DNA of 64,000 bases from Balanoglossus misakiensis (taxonomy: Eukaryota; Animalia; Hemichordata). Position 1 is the first letter of the stretch. Every line of letters begins with the position of its first letter. The notes beneath the pieces were generated by a model. That model worked only from the letters and a program-made list of their open reading frames with translations, was not told where the DNA came from and made no database searches. The DNA lies in assembly GCA_040954595.2 (NCBI GenBank), contig CM082580.2, positions 7,106,290 to 7,170,289 of the forward strand, in the 5' to 3' direction. The position numbers and the translations under genes were made by a program. Positions 50,501-62,400 of this stretch are shown piece by piece.

Positions 50501-53500
50501 GTTCGCCATGAAGGCACATTCGTTCGTGAGAGAAAACATTCCCAGGGCGCTGACCTACAAACCACATGCAGGTAACGATTGTCAATTTGATTTCTAAGCC
50601 ACATGTTTTTTGACAGGTCGTTTTATTCTCACACTAAGCAACTTGTTTCTCCATGAACGATGTTTATAGAGAACTCTGGCTTCTCTGCTGTAACCTTTAA
50701 AAGAAAAATAACCCAGAAACTTAATATTCATTTATATACATGTATTTAGGTAATTCCTACTGTCCTTTGTAAAATTTATTGTCCAATTCTCCTTAATTGC
50801 CAGCTTAGTAACCACTTGCATGTTTGCCTCTCCATTATCGTCCGGTCCGTACTCGCCCCCACTTGTCTTATAATTCCCTCCCCCCACCACCACCATGGTC
50901 TCATCCAAATTCACTGTTTTCCAGGATATAGTTGGACCTCAACAGAGGGAAGCGGGGGTGAAAGGGTTAAAGTACACTTCTGTAGGTGTCTACCATGCTG
51001 CTCTAACCCTTCCACCCCCAGTTCCGTCTATAGAGTTCCACACTTGCCATAGAAAACAATGGGTTTGGACCGAACCACGGCGGTGAAAGGGTCCATGACC
51101 TCTCAGTGAGGATGATATTGACGGTTCCTTTCATTTGGCGACGACAGATGCCGACTTGAACGGCGACGATGACACGGACGCGGACGAGACTGGTTCGAGT
51201 TCTACCAGCGACTCTTCCGCCACGGCCGCGTCGGAGGAGACCTCGCCATTCCCCGGGTTCTCGCAGTACTTGTATTTCCTGTTTGCCCCCACGCTCATCT
51301 ACAGGGACCACTACCCGAGAACGCCTTCCATAAGGTGGAATTATGTATTTTCAAATCTGATGCAGGTGAGCATATTATCTCCCGAAGTTCAAAAGAGGTC
51401 ATGTGTTGAACTGAAACTGACTGTGAAAAGGAATGTGTACCAAGACCTACATACATGTACATATTCTCAACAGACTACATCTCTTCCACCTGAAATAATT
51501 CCTCGATGAAACTTTTGAAATTGTGTCATGTCCTGTTTTGGGTGTGTGAAGAGTTTTTATGCTGTTGTATTTGACCGAATTTAACAAAGGTAGCCTGGTA
51601 TACTCTCAGTGGAGTATATCACCCACAGTAGTCCCATTTAAATCGGCACACACATGCCCATACACACATGAAACAGTGAGAACTAAATATATGGTCTTTT
51701 TGCACTGATATGGTGAATTATAGATCATGTCCTGGAAGTCACTCGTATGCTGAAACTGACCGCTGTTTTTTCTGCATTCAACAGGTCGTCGGATGCCTCT
51801 TTTACACCTACTACATATTTGAACGATTCTGCATGCCCGTTTTTGAAAATTTCGGGAAAGAAGAGCTGACGATTCGCAATCTGACCTTGTCTGTCTTCGG
51901 CTGCATGCTGCCAGGAACGTTGGTACTTATACTGGGCTTCTTCGCCATTCTTCACTCCTGGCTGAATGCGTTTGCTGAAATGTTGCGATTTGCCGACAGA
52001 ATGTTTTACAGGGTAAGAATACTAGCATCACATTTTTTAAAGTTTACCTGTTTCAGAGATTAGTAACGTCCTGCTTAGTGAATTTTTAAAAATTTTGGTT
52101 TCCTTTATCTGATTTATTACTCTGAGCTGTGCGACCATGATGGCCTGGACTGTCTTGTATCTCTGAATTCAGATTTCCATGTACAAGTTAGTCCCCAGCT
52201 CAGTCTTGGCCACATGAGCTTTTTTTTCATCACCGTTATTTTATTTAAATAGTCAAGTGAATACGAAAAACAACAACACTCAAAATGATCAGAGGATCTG
52301 CCTATCTCTCAAAAATTTAATTCTCATGCCTATACACATCTTCAAGGATTTCAAACTTTTTTTAAAAACACCTTCGATGTCATCATGGTGTTGTGCATCG
52401 CATTTAATTCTTCCAGGACTGGTGGAATTCATCCTCATTCTCGAACTACTACCGGACATGGAATGTGGTCGTTCACGACTGGCTTTACACGTACGTTTAC
52501 AGAGATTGTCTCAGGGTACGTACAGTGTCCGTTATTCGAATTTCACCAATTGTACATGATGAGAACACACACTTCTGGTACTACATACATGTACTTAGGT
52601 GACACAGAAAAAAAATTAACAGAAAGAGTGATGTACACGTCTTAGGCGGGAAAAGAGTGCTTGACGCCAAAATTTGAAATTTGGAGACACATAAAGATTT
52701 ATTCAATCTCAAAATGTCTGCAGCAGCCATTTTGACATGAATAGACAGATAGTTTTACCATCAAGTAAGTTGTGACATTCTGTATTTTGCAGGCCTTCGG
52801 TTACAACAAGCGTAGCCTGGGAATGCTGTCAACTTTCCTGCTTTCCGCCATGGCTCACGAATACGTCTTAATCATCACATTCAGATTCTTCTATCCAGTA
52901 CTTTTCCTCATGTTTGCCGGTGTTGGTTGTAAGTACACCTTAAAGCCTCTAGAGCTGCCACTTTTTGTATTATTTTCATGATTTTATTGTCCATCTTAAA
53001 TTGGTCCATCTAAATAAGCTTACTGATAGGTATGTATACATGAACACCTTACCGATGCCTGATTGTGACTGCATGTTGCAATTTGAATACGCTATGTATT
53101 AAAACGGTGCTGCACCTATTTAATCAGCCTCCATACAAACAGACCTTATTTTTTCAACTCAAGTGATCGTACTTTCGAACGTTGTTCCATTACATGGTTT
53201 GCCATCACTGGATTAATGGGCACTCTCCCGTTCTTTTCCCTCGCAGTTTCATTCATGCTTTTGACAGAAAAGGGTGTGGCCAGAGGCTGGAATGTTTTCA
53301 TGTGGGTGTCGTTGTTCATCGGGAACGGTCTCCTGATGTGTCTGTACAGCCAGGAGTGGTTCGCCAGGAGAAACTGTCCGCAAGAAGTTGTGAGTAAAAT
53401 TATTTAAGGTAGTACATGTTTCGGGGTCGGATTTTCAGACAGATGATAGCCCTCAAAACCTTTCAGTTCTTTGCTGTACTAAAGTGTGTGGGGAGTCTTT

Positions 53501-53867
53501 TTGAAAACACCATCTTATTTTAAAATATAAAAATCATGAATTTAAACTTACTCTATAGAATTATTATAGAGCAATTGGTGGCCATTTTGAATTTTAAATT
53601 TGATACAATTTTACCGTCTCATTCGAATTTTTGCATGGTGACCCCAAATTTTTATTCTCAATTTTAAGAGGGAATAATCTGAAGTTGTATTGAGCAAAAT
53701 AAGAGAAAAGGTTAAAGACTGGTTTTCAAGGTGGTTTTCAAAATGAAGCTATCAGCGTACGACCAAACAGATTTTGTTTATTTCTACTCGTACAGAGCGA
53801 CTTCATGGACATGTTCACTCCGAGGTCGTGGACCTGCAAGTATACACCAGAGCCAGAGGCGTCATAA
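47525..53867 (+). CDS. SOAT1: Sterol O-acyltransferase (ACAT/SOAT, MBOAT family); first coding exon uncertain
   Basis: Exons 47525-47598, 48324-48454, 49144-49194, 49914-50021, 50222-50571, 51148-51365, 51785-52012, 52417-52515, 52793-52928, 53247-53389, 53796-53867. Motifs [62 protein letters not shown], catalytic [21 protein letters not shown]. Confidence 0.95.
47611..47703. mobile_element. 85-bp piggyBac-type MITE, intact copy
   Basis: Same TIRs and TTAA flanks. Internal sequence nearly identical to 47267-47359. Confidence 0.85.
50876..51091. mobile_element. Two piggyBac-type MITE copies in inverted arrangement
   Basis: Forward copy ends ggtgaaagggttaa at 50970. Reverse copy starts ctaacccttccacccccag at 51003. 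Confidence 0.7.
53408..53730. mobile_element. Second copy of the ~310-bp Kolobok-like element, in the last SOAT1 intron
   Basis: Starts TTAA|GGTAG. Shares ggagtctttttgaaaa, ggccatttt, attctcaatt.taagag.gaataatct, gagcaaaata.gagaaaa with 6377-6689. Confidence 0.6.
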
Positions 53868-54068
53868 CCGAAGCCAGAGGTCAAAGGTTATAGGTCACCC
53901 CTTGCCAGCTCACGACCAGCTAAACTGCCAGGGATGCCACGAGATACAGGACAATGATAACCTTCAGTATATTTGATGACAGACCGACCATGTCACAAAT
54001 ACCTGCAATAGTGATACTTAACTGAAATGAGGAGATTGTACAAAAGGCAATTAAAGGTACACAGTCAA

Positions 54069-54240
54069 TTAAAGGTACACAGTCACCTCCAATTTACATA
54101 TGCCTTAATATAGTCAAAGGGGCATTTTTAAGTGTTCAAATGACCATGTGGTGGCGCACTTTTATGGCATATACCACCCCTTGGCTACATCTGAAATTTC
54201 TATGGTAGCAACGGTGACCTTAAAACTGTGACATCTTTAA
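54069..54240. mobile_element. Small TTAA-flanked MITE (Kolobok-like) in SOAT1 3' UTR
   Basis: TTAA|AGGTACACAG...CTGTGACATCT|TTAA imperfect TIR. An 18-bp tandem duplication of the left end spans 54048-54083. Confidence 0.5.
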
Positions 54241-55825
54241 AATTCGAGAATGTATATTAAAGAATGATTGACCATTCCTGTTGTCTTAAAATGACATGTG
54301 TAATAACTTATATTTGATCTGTTCATCTTGAAGTACTTTATTCAAAAGCCAATTTTCCATTGCCAATCAAGTTTTTAAAACTAAATTTATTGTAATATGC
54401 ATGTTAAATTTACTCAAACTCTTTCAAATGGTGCATCTTTCAAGTGAATGGTGTTACACATCATATATCAAATATTTTCCCCAGGAATTCTTCAGTTGCT
54501 GACTCGGAAATTTCATACATTGGGCAAATGTACATAATATGTTTCTGTGAACAGGTAGATACTATTGTCTTTCAAATTCTCAGTATAATGTGCATCTGTT
54601 GGTCTTTTACAAGCAAGCACCAGATCTCTTGCAGACATAAACTGGAAAATAATGATAGATTTTAGAAACTTTTCAAGGAAAACTTGCTAAATGAGTGTCA
54701 TGTTATTTTTTATTTACAAATTTTCTGGGTGTTGATGAAAAATATTCCGACAGTTTTCTTTCACTTTCACGTTGACAATGTGTCTGTTTATCATTCAGGA
54801 TAGAAGTAATCCAGGCAAAGTGTAATAGTAATGAAGTTTTTCTTCTCAAAGATGGCCTCATCTCGAGTGCCGTATATATGGGAATGCTCTTGTAAACACT
54901 TAACTATTGATAACTTGAATGAGTTTTCTGAGTACATGTATATTTATTTATTTAAAGCCAAATTCTATCAAATCACTTTTCAGTTAAACATTATGGACCC
55001 AATTCTGTTGGCCTGAAAACAAGTGTTGTTGCAGAGTTCATGGATTGTTTGATTTTATAAAAAAAAAATTATGTTGAAATTGCAAAACACAAAAGACCAC
55101 TGCAAGCATATCGTTGTATTTCTCCAAGTTGTGCCAATAGCAACTTAAGCCATTGGATAACTGCATGAAAGTTGTTATGATCTCAGAACACAAAGCCAAT
55201 ATACATTTTAAATTATACAGCAAAAGTTTCTGCCAGTTGTTCGAGGCTTCGTTTATGTTTCAGGAGTTCTATAACTGTGGTGAAGCGCAATCAATCCTGT
55301 GGTACCAATTACTTGATGCTTTCTGGACAAAACTTTAAAATAAACAAAGTCCAATTTATTAAAGCATGATTTGAGAATTTAGCAATTCTTGTAGTGCAAC
55401 AAAATAGATTTTTATTACAATTCACTACTTATTTAAGGGATACATTCCCCAACCATTAAAATTCCAGTTTTATAGTTTAATTGATCGTCCATAACTACAA
55501 GTACTTTAATTTGACATAAATGACAAATTTATGGTGAATAAATAAAAACATCATCTAGCTGTGCATGTTTACATGGTTTTATTTTTGTATGCTGGGTACT
55601 TAATGTATAATAGCTCCTAGAATTTTTCCTGTTCAGCTGATTTTTGAAATCACTGACATGAGAAGTTGAATTTTAACATGAATAAACTTGTTGTTCATGG
55701 CAGCTGCTGTATTTTGTTTTATTTGCGGTGACTTCCCCGCACCCCTTCTTGCCCTTTGTACTAAGTGTTAACAAGCATACCATGGTATTGAATATAGTAT
55801 TCTTTGTTTTTGCGCCCTCTACCGT

Positions 55826-56280
55826 TTCATGACCTATACCCCATGAAAAACGTAAAAAAAATGAAAAAAATCACCAAAGTTCGCAAAATACTGGATTTTC
55901 TACACAATTCATGACCTATAACACATGAAAAACGTCAAAATATTTCAAAATCACCAAAGTTGGCAAAATCGCGGATTTCTCAGTTGTCACACTTTTCATG
56001 AGCTATAACCCATGAAAAACGTCAAAAAATGTCAAAATCACTAATCTTGGCTAAATCGCGGATTTGTCATTTTTCACACTTTTCATGAGCTATAACCCAT
56101 GAAAAACGTCAACAAATGCCAAAATCACTAATCTTGGGTAAATCGCGGATGTCATTTTTCACACTTTTCATGAGCTTTAACCCATGAAAAAAGTAAAAAT
56201 ATGTCAAAATCATCAAATTTGGGAAATTTTTTTTGGAAAGATTTGTTTTTTCCCCCCACACATTTCATGAGCTATAACAC
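55826..56280 (+). repeat. Diverged proto-satellite units (~81-97 bp, 5 copies)
   Basis: Recurring catga(c/g)ctataacccatgaaaaacgtcaaaa at about 55828, 55909, 55997, 56084, 56169, 56266. Confidence 0.85.
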
Positions 56281-56492
56281 ATGATTTTTCGAAAAAATGA
56301 AGAAATTTTGATATTTTGATATTTCGCAAAGTCGAAAAATTGTCATTTTTGGATGATTTTCATGAGCTATAACCCATGGTTTTTTCGAAAAAATGAAGAA
56401 ATTTTGATATTTCGCAAAGTCGAAAAATTGTCATTTTTGGATGATTTTCATGAGCTATAACCCATGGTTTTTTCGAAAAAATGAAGAAATTT
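56281..56492 (-). repeat. Inverted block (~2.4 units) of the 88-bp satellite
   Basis: ttcgaaaaaatgaagaaattttgatatttcgcaaagtcgaaaaattgtcatttttggatgattttcatg is the reverse complement of the main monomer. Confidence 0.95.
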
Positions 56493-59400
56493 TCGACTTT
56501 GCGAAATATCAAAATATCAAAATTTCTTCATTTTTTCGAAAAACCATGGGTTATAGCTCATGAAAATCATCCAAAAATGTCAATTTTTCGACTTTGCGAA
56601 ATATCAAAATTTCTTCATTTTTTCGAAAAAACCATGGGTTATAGCCCATGAAAATCATCCAAAAATGACAATTTTTCGACTTTGCGAAATATCAAAATTT
56701 CTTCATTTTTTCGAAAAAACCATGGGTTATAGCCCATGAAAATCATCCAAAAATGACAATTTTTCGACTTTGCGAAATATCAAAATTTCTTCATTTTTTC
56801 GAAAAAACCATGGGTTATAGCTCATGAAAATCATCCAAAAATGTCAATTTTTCGACTTTGCGAAATATCAAAATTTCTTCATTTTTTCTAAAAAAACCAT
56901 GGGTTATAGCTCATGAAAATCATCCAAAAATGACAATTTTTCGACTTTGCGAAATATCAATATTTCTTCATTTTTTCGAAAAAACCATGGGTTATAGCTC
57001 ATGAAAATCATCCAAAAATGACAATTTTTCGACTTTGCGAAATATCAAAATTTCTTCACTTTTTCGAAAAAAACCATGGGTTATAGCTCATGAAAATCAT
57101 CCAAAAATGACAATTTTTCGACTTTGCGAAATATCAAAATTTCTTCATTTTTTCGAAAAAACCATGGGTTATAGCTCATGAAAATCATCCAAAAATGACA
57201 ATTTTTCGACTTTGCGAAATATCAAAATTTCTTCATTTTTTCGAAAAAACCATGGGTTATAGCCCATGAAAATCATCCAAAAATGACAATTTTTCGACTT
57301 TGCGAAATATCAAAATTTCTTCATTTTTTCGAAAAAACCATGGGTTATAGCCCATGAAAATCATCCAAAAATGACAATTTTTCGACTTTGCGAAATATCA
57401 AAATTTCTTCATTTTTTCGAAAAAACCATGGGTTATAGCCCATGAAAATCATCCAAAAATGACAATTTTTCGACTTTGCGAAATATCAAAATTTCTTCAT
57501 TTTTTCGAAAAAACCATGGGTTATAGCCCATGAAAATCATCCAAAAATGACAATTTTTCGACTTTGCGAAATATCAAAATTTCTTCATTTTTTCGAAAAA
57601 ACCATGGGTTATAGCCCATGAAAATCATCCAAAAATGACAATTTTTCGACTTTGCGAAATATCAAAATTTCTTCATTTTTTCGAAAAAACCATGGGTTAT
57701 AGCCCATGAAAATCATCCAAAAATGACAATTTTTCGACTTTGCGAAATATCAAAATTTCTTCATTTTTTCGAAAAAACCATGGGTTATAGCCCATGAAAA
57801 TCATCCAAAAATGACAATTTTTCGACTTTGCGAAATATCAAAATTTCTTCATTTTTTCGAAAAAACCATGGGTTATAGCCCATGAAAATCATCCAAAAAT
57901 GACAATTTTTCGACTTTGCGAAATATCAAAATTTCTTCATTTTTTCGAAAAAACCATGGGTTATAGCCCATGAAAATCATCCCAAAATGACAATTTTTCG
58001 ACTTTGCGAAATATCAAAATTTCTTCATTTTTTCGAAAAAACCATGGGTTATAGCCCATGAAAATCATCCCAAAATGACAATTTTTCGACTTTGCGAAAT
58101 ATCAAAATTTCTTCATTTTTTCGAAAAAACCATGGGTTATAGCCCATGAAAATCATCCCAAAATGACAATTTTTCGACATTGCGAAATATCAAAATTTCT
58201 TCATTTTTTCGAAAAAACCATGGGTTATAGCCCATGAAAATCATCCAAAAATGACAATTTTTCGACTTTGCGAAATATCAAAATTTCTTCATTTTTTCGA
58301 AAAAAACCATGGGTTATAGCCCATGAAAATCATCCAAAAATGACAATTTTTCGACTTTGCGAAATATCAAAATTTCTTCATTTTTTCGAAAAAACCATGG
58401 GTTATAGCCCATGAAAATCATCCAAAAATGACAATTTTTCGACTTTGCGAAATATCAAAATTTCTTCATTTTTTCGAAAAAACCATGGGTTATAGCCCAT
58501 GAAAATCATCCAAAAATGACAATTTTTCGACTTTGCGAAATATCAAAATTTCTTCATTTTTTCGAAAAAACCATGGGTTATAGCCCATGAAAATCATCCA
58601 AAAATGACAATTTTTCGACTTTGCGAAATATCAAAATTTCTTCATTTTTTCGAAAAAACCATGGGTTATAGCCCATGAAAATCATCCAAAAATGACAATT
58701 TTTCGACTTTGCGAAATATCAAAATTTCTTCATTTTTTCGAAAAAACCATGGGTTATAGCCCATGAAAATCATCCAAAAATGACAATTTTTCGACTTTGC
58801 GAAATATCAAAATTTCTTCATTTTTTCGAAAAAACCATGGGTTATAGCCCATGAAAATCATCCAAAAATGACAATTTTTCGACTTTGCGAAATATCAAAA
58901 TTTCTTCATTTTTTCGAAAAAACCATGGGTTATAGCCCATGAAAATCATCCAAAAATGACAATTTTTCGACTTTGCGAAATATCAAAATTTCTTCATTTT
59001 TTCGAAAAAACCATGGGTTATAGCCCATGAAAATCATCCAAAAATGACAATTTTTCGACTTTGCGAAATATCAAAATTTCTTCATTTTTTCGAAAAAACC
59101 ATGGGTTATAGCCCATGAAAATCATCCAAAAATGACAATTTTTCGACTTTGCGAAATATCAAAATTTCTTCATTTTTTCGAAAAAACCATGGGTTATAGC
59201 CCATGAAAATCATCCAAAAATGACAATTTTTCGACTTTGCGAAATATCAAAATTTCTTCATTTTTTCGAAAAAACCATGGGTTATAGCCCATGAAAATCA
59301 TCCAAAAATGACAATTTTTCGACTTTGCGAAATATCAAAATTTCTTCATTTTTTCGAAAAAACCATGGGTTATAGCCCATGAAAATCATCCAAAAATGAC

Positions 59401-62400
59401 AATTTTTCGACTTTGCGAAATATCAAAATTTCTTCATTTTTTCGAAAAAAACATTGGTTATAGCCCATGAAAATCATCCAAAAATGACAATTTTTCGACT
59501 TTGCGAAATATCAAAATTTCTTCATTTTTCGAAAAAACCATGGGTTATAGCCCATGAAAATCATCCAAAAATGACAATTTTTCGACTTTGTGAAATATCA
59601 AAATTTCTTCATTTTTTCGAAAAAACCAGGGGTTATAGCCCATGAAAATCATCCAAAAATGACAATTTTTCGACTTTGCGAAATATCAAAATTTCTTCAT
59701 TTTTTCGAAAAAACCAGGGGTTATAGCCCATGAAAATCATCCAAAAATGACAATTTTTCGACTTTGCGAAATATCAAAATTTCTTCATTTTTTCGAAAAA
59801 ACCATGGGTTATAGCCCATGAAAATCATCCAAAAATGACAATTTTTCGACTTTGCGAAATATCAAAATTTCTTCATTTTTTCGAAAAAACCATGGGTTAT
59901 AGCCCATGAAAATCATCCAAAAATGACAATTTTTCGACTTTGCGAAATGTCAAAATTTCTTCATTTTTTTCGAAAAAACCATGGTTTATAGCCCATGAAA
60001 ATCATCCAAAACTGACAATTTTTCGGACTTTGCGAAATGTCAAAATTTCATCATTTTTTCGAAAAAACCATGGGTTATAGCCCATGAAAATCATCCAAAA
60101 ATGACAATTTTTCGACTTTGCGAAATATCAAAATTTCTTCATTTTTCGAAAAAACCATGGGTTTTAGCCCATGAAAATCATCCAAAAATGACAATTTTTC
60201 GACTTTGCGAAATATCAAAATTTCTTCATTTTTTCGAAAAAAACCATGGGTTATAGCCCATGAAAATCATCCAAAAATGACAATTTTTCGACTTTGCGAA
60301 ATATCAAAATTTCTTCATTTTTTCGAAAAAACCATGGGTTATAGCACATGAAAATCATCCAAAAATGACAATTTTTCGACTTTGCGAAATATCAAAATTT
60401 CTTCATTTTTTCGAAAAAACCATGGGTTATAGCCCATGAAAATCATCCAAAAATGACAATTTTTCGACTTTGCGAAATATCAAAATTTCTTCATTTTTTT
60501 CGAAAAAACCATGGGTTATAGCCCATGAAAATCATCCAAAAATGACAATTTTTCGACTTTGCGAAATATCAAAATTTCTTCATTTTTTCGAAAAAACCAT
60601 GGGTTATAGCCCATGAAAATCATCCAAAAATGACAATTTTTCGACTTTGCGAAATATCAAAATTTCTTCATTTTTTCGAAAAAACCATGGGTTATAGCCC
60701 ATGAAAATCATCCAAAAATGACAATTTTTCGACTTTGCGAAATATCAAAATTTCTTCATTTTTTCGAAAAAACCATGGTTATAGCCCATGAAAATCATCC
60801 AAAAATGACAATTTTTCGACTTTGCGAAATATCAAAATTTCTTCATTTTTTCGAAAAACCATGGGTTATAGCCCATGAAAATCATCCAAAAATGACAATT
60901 TTTCGACTTTGCGAAAATATCAAAATTTCTTCATTTTTTCGAAAAAACCATGGGTTATAGCCCATGAAAATCATCCAAAAATGACAATTTTTCGACTTTG
61001 CGAAATATCAAAATTTCTTCATTTTTTCGAAAAAACCATGGGTTATAGCCCATGAAAATCATCCAAAAATGACAATTTTTCGACTTTGCGAAATATCAAA
61101 ATTTCTTCATTTTTTCGAAAAAACCATGGGTTATAGCCCATGAAATCATCCAAAAATGACAATTTTTCGACTTTGCGAAATATCAAAATTTCTTCATTTT
61201 TCGAAAAACCATGGGTTATAGCCCATGAAAATCATCCAAAAATGACAATTTTTTCGACTTTGCGAAATATCAAAATTTCTTCATTTTTCGAAAAACCATG
61301 GGTTATAGCCCATGAAAATCATCCAAAAATGACAATTTTCGACTTTGCGAAATATCAAAATTTCTTCATTTTTCGAAAAAACCATGGGTTATAGCCCATG
61401 AAAATCATCCAAAAATGACAATTTTTCGACTTTGCGAAATATCAAAATTTCTTCATTTTTCGAAAAAACCATGGGTTATAGCCCATGAAAATCATCCAAA
61501 AATGACAATTTTTCGACTTTGCGAAATATCAAAATTTCTTCATTTTTCGAAAAACCATGGTTATAGCCCATGAAAATCATCCAAAAATGACAATTTTTCG
61601 ACTTTGCGAAATATCAAAATTTCTTCATTTTTTCGAAAAAACCATGGGTTATAGCCCATGAAAATCATCCAAAATGACATTTTTCGACTTTGCGAAATAT
61701 CAAAATTTCTTCATTTTTTCGAAAAAACCATGGGTTATAGCCCATGAAAATCATCCAAAAATGACAATTTTTCGACTTTGCGAAATATCAAAATTTCTTC
61801 ATTTTTTCGAAAAAAACCATGGGTTATAGCCCATGAAAATCATCAAAAATGACAATTTTTCGACTTTGCGAAATATCAAAATTTCTTCATTTTTTCGAAA
61901 AAACCATGGGTTATAGCCCATGAAAATCATCCAAAAATGACAATTTTCGACTTTGCGAAATATCAAAATTTCTTCATTTTTTCGAAAAAACCATGGGTTA
62001 TAGCCCATGAAAATCATCCAAAAATGACAATTTTTCGGACTTTGCGAAATATCAAAATTTCTTCATTTTTCGAAAAACCATGGGTTATAGCCCATGAAAT
62101 CATCCAAAAATGACAATTTTTCGACTTTGCGAAATATCAAAATTTCTTCATTTTTCGAAAAAACCATGGGTTATAAGCCCATGAAAATTCATCCAAAAAT
62201 GACAATTTTTCGACTTTGCGAAATATCAAAATTTCTTCATTTTTCGAAAAACCATGGGTTATAGCCCATGAAAATCATCCAAAAATGACAATTTTTCGAC
62301 TTTGCGAAATATCAAAATTTCTTCATTTTTTTCGAAAAAACCATGGGTTATAGCCCATGAAAATCATCCCAAAAATGACAATTTTTCGACTTTGCGAAAT

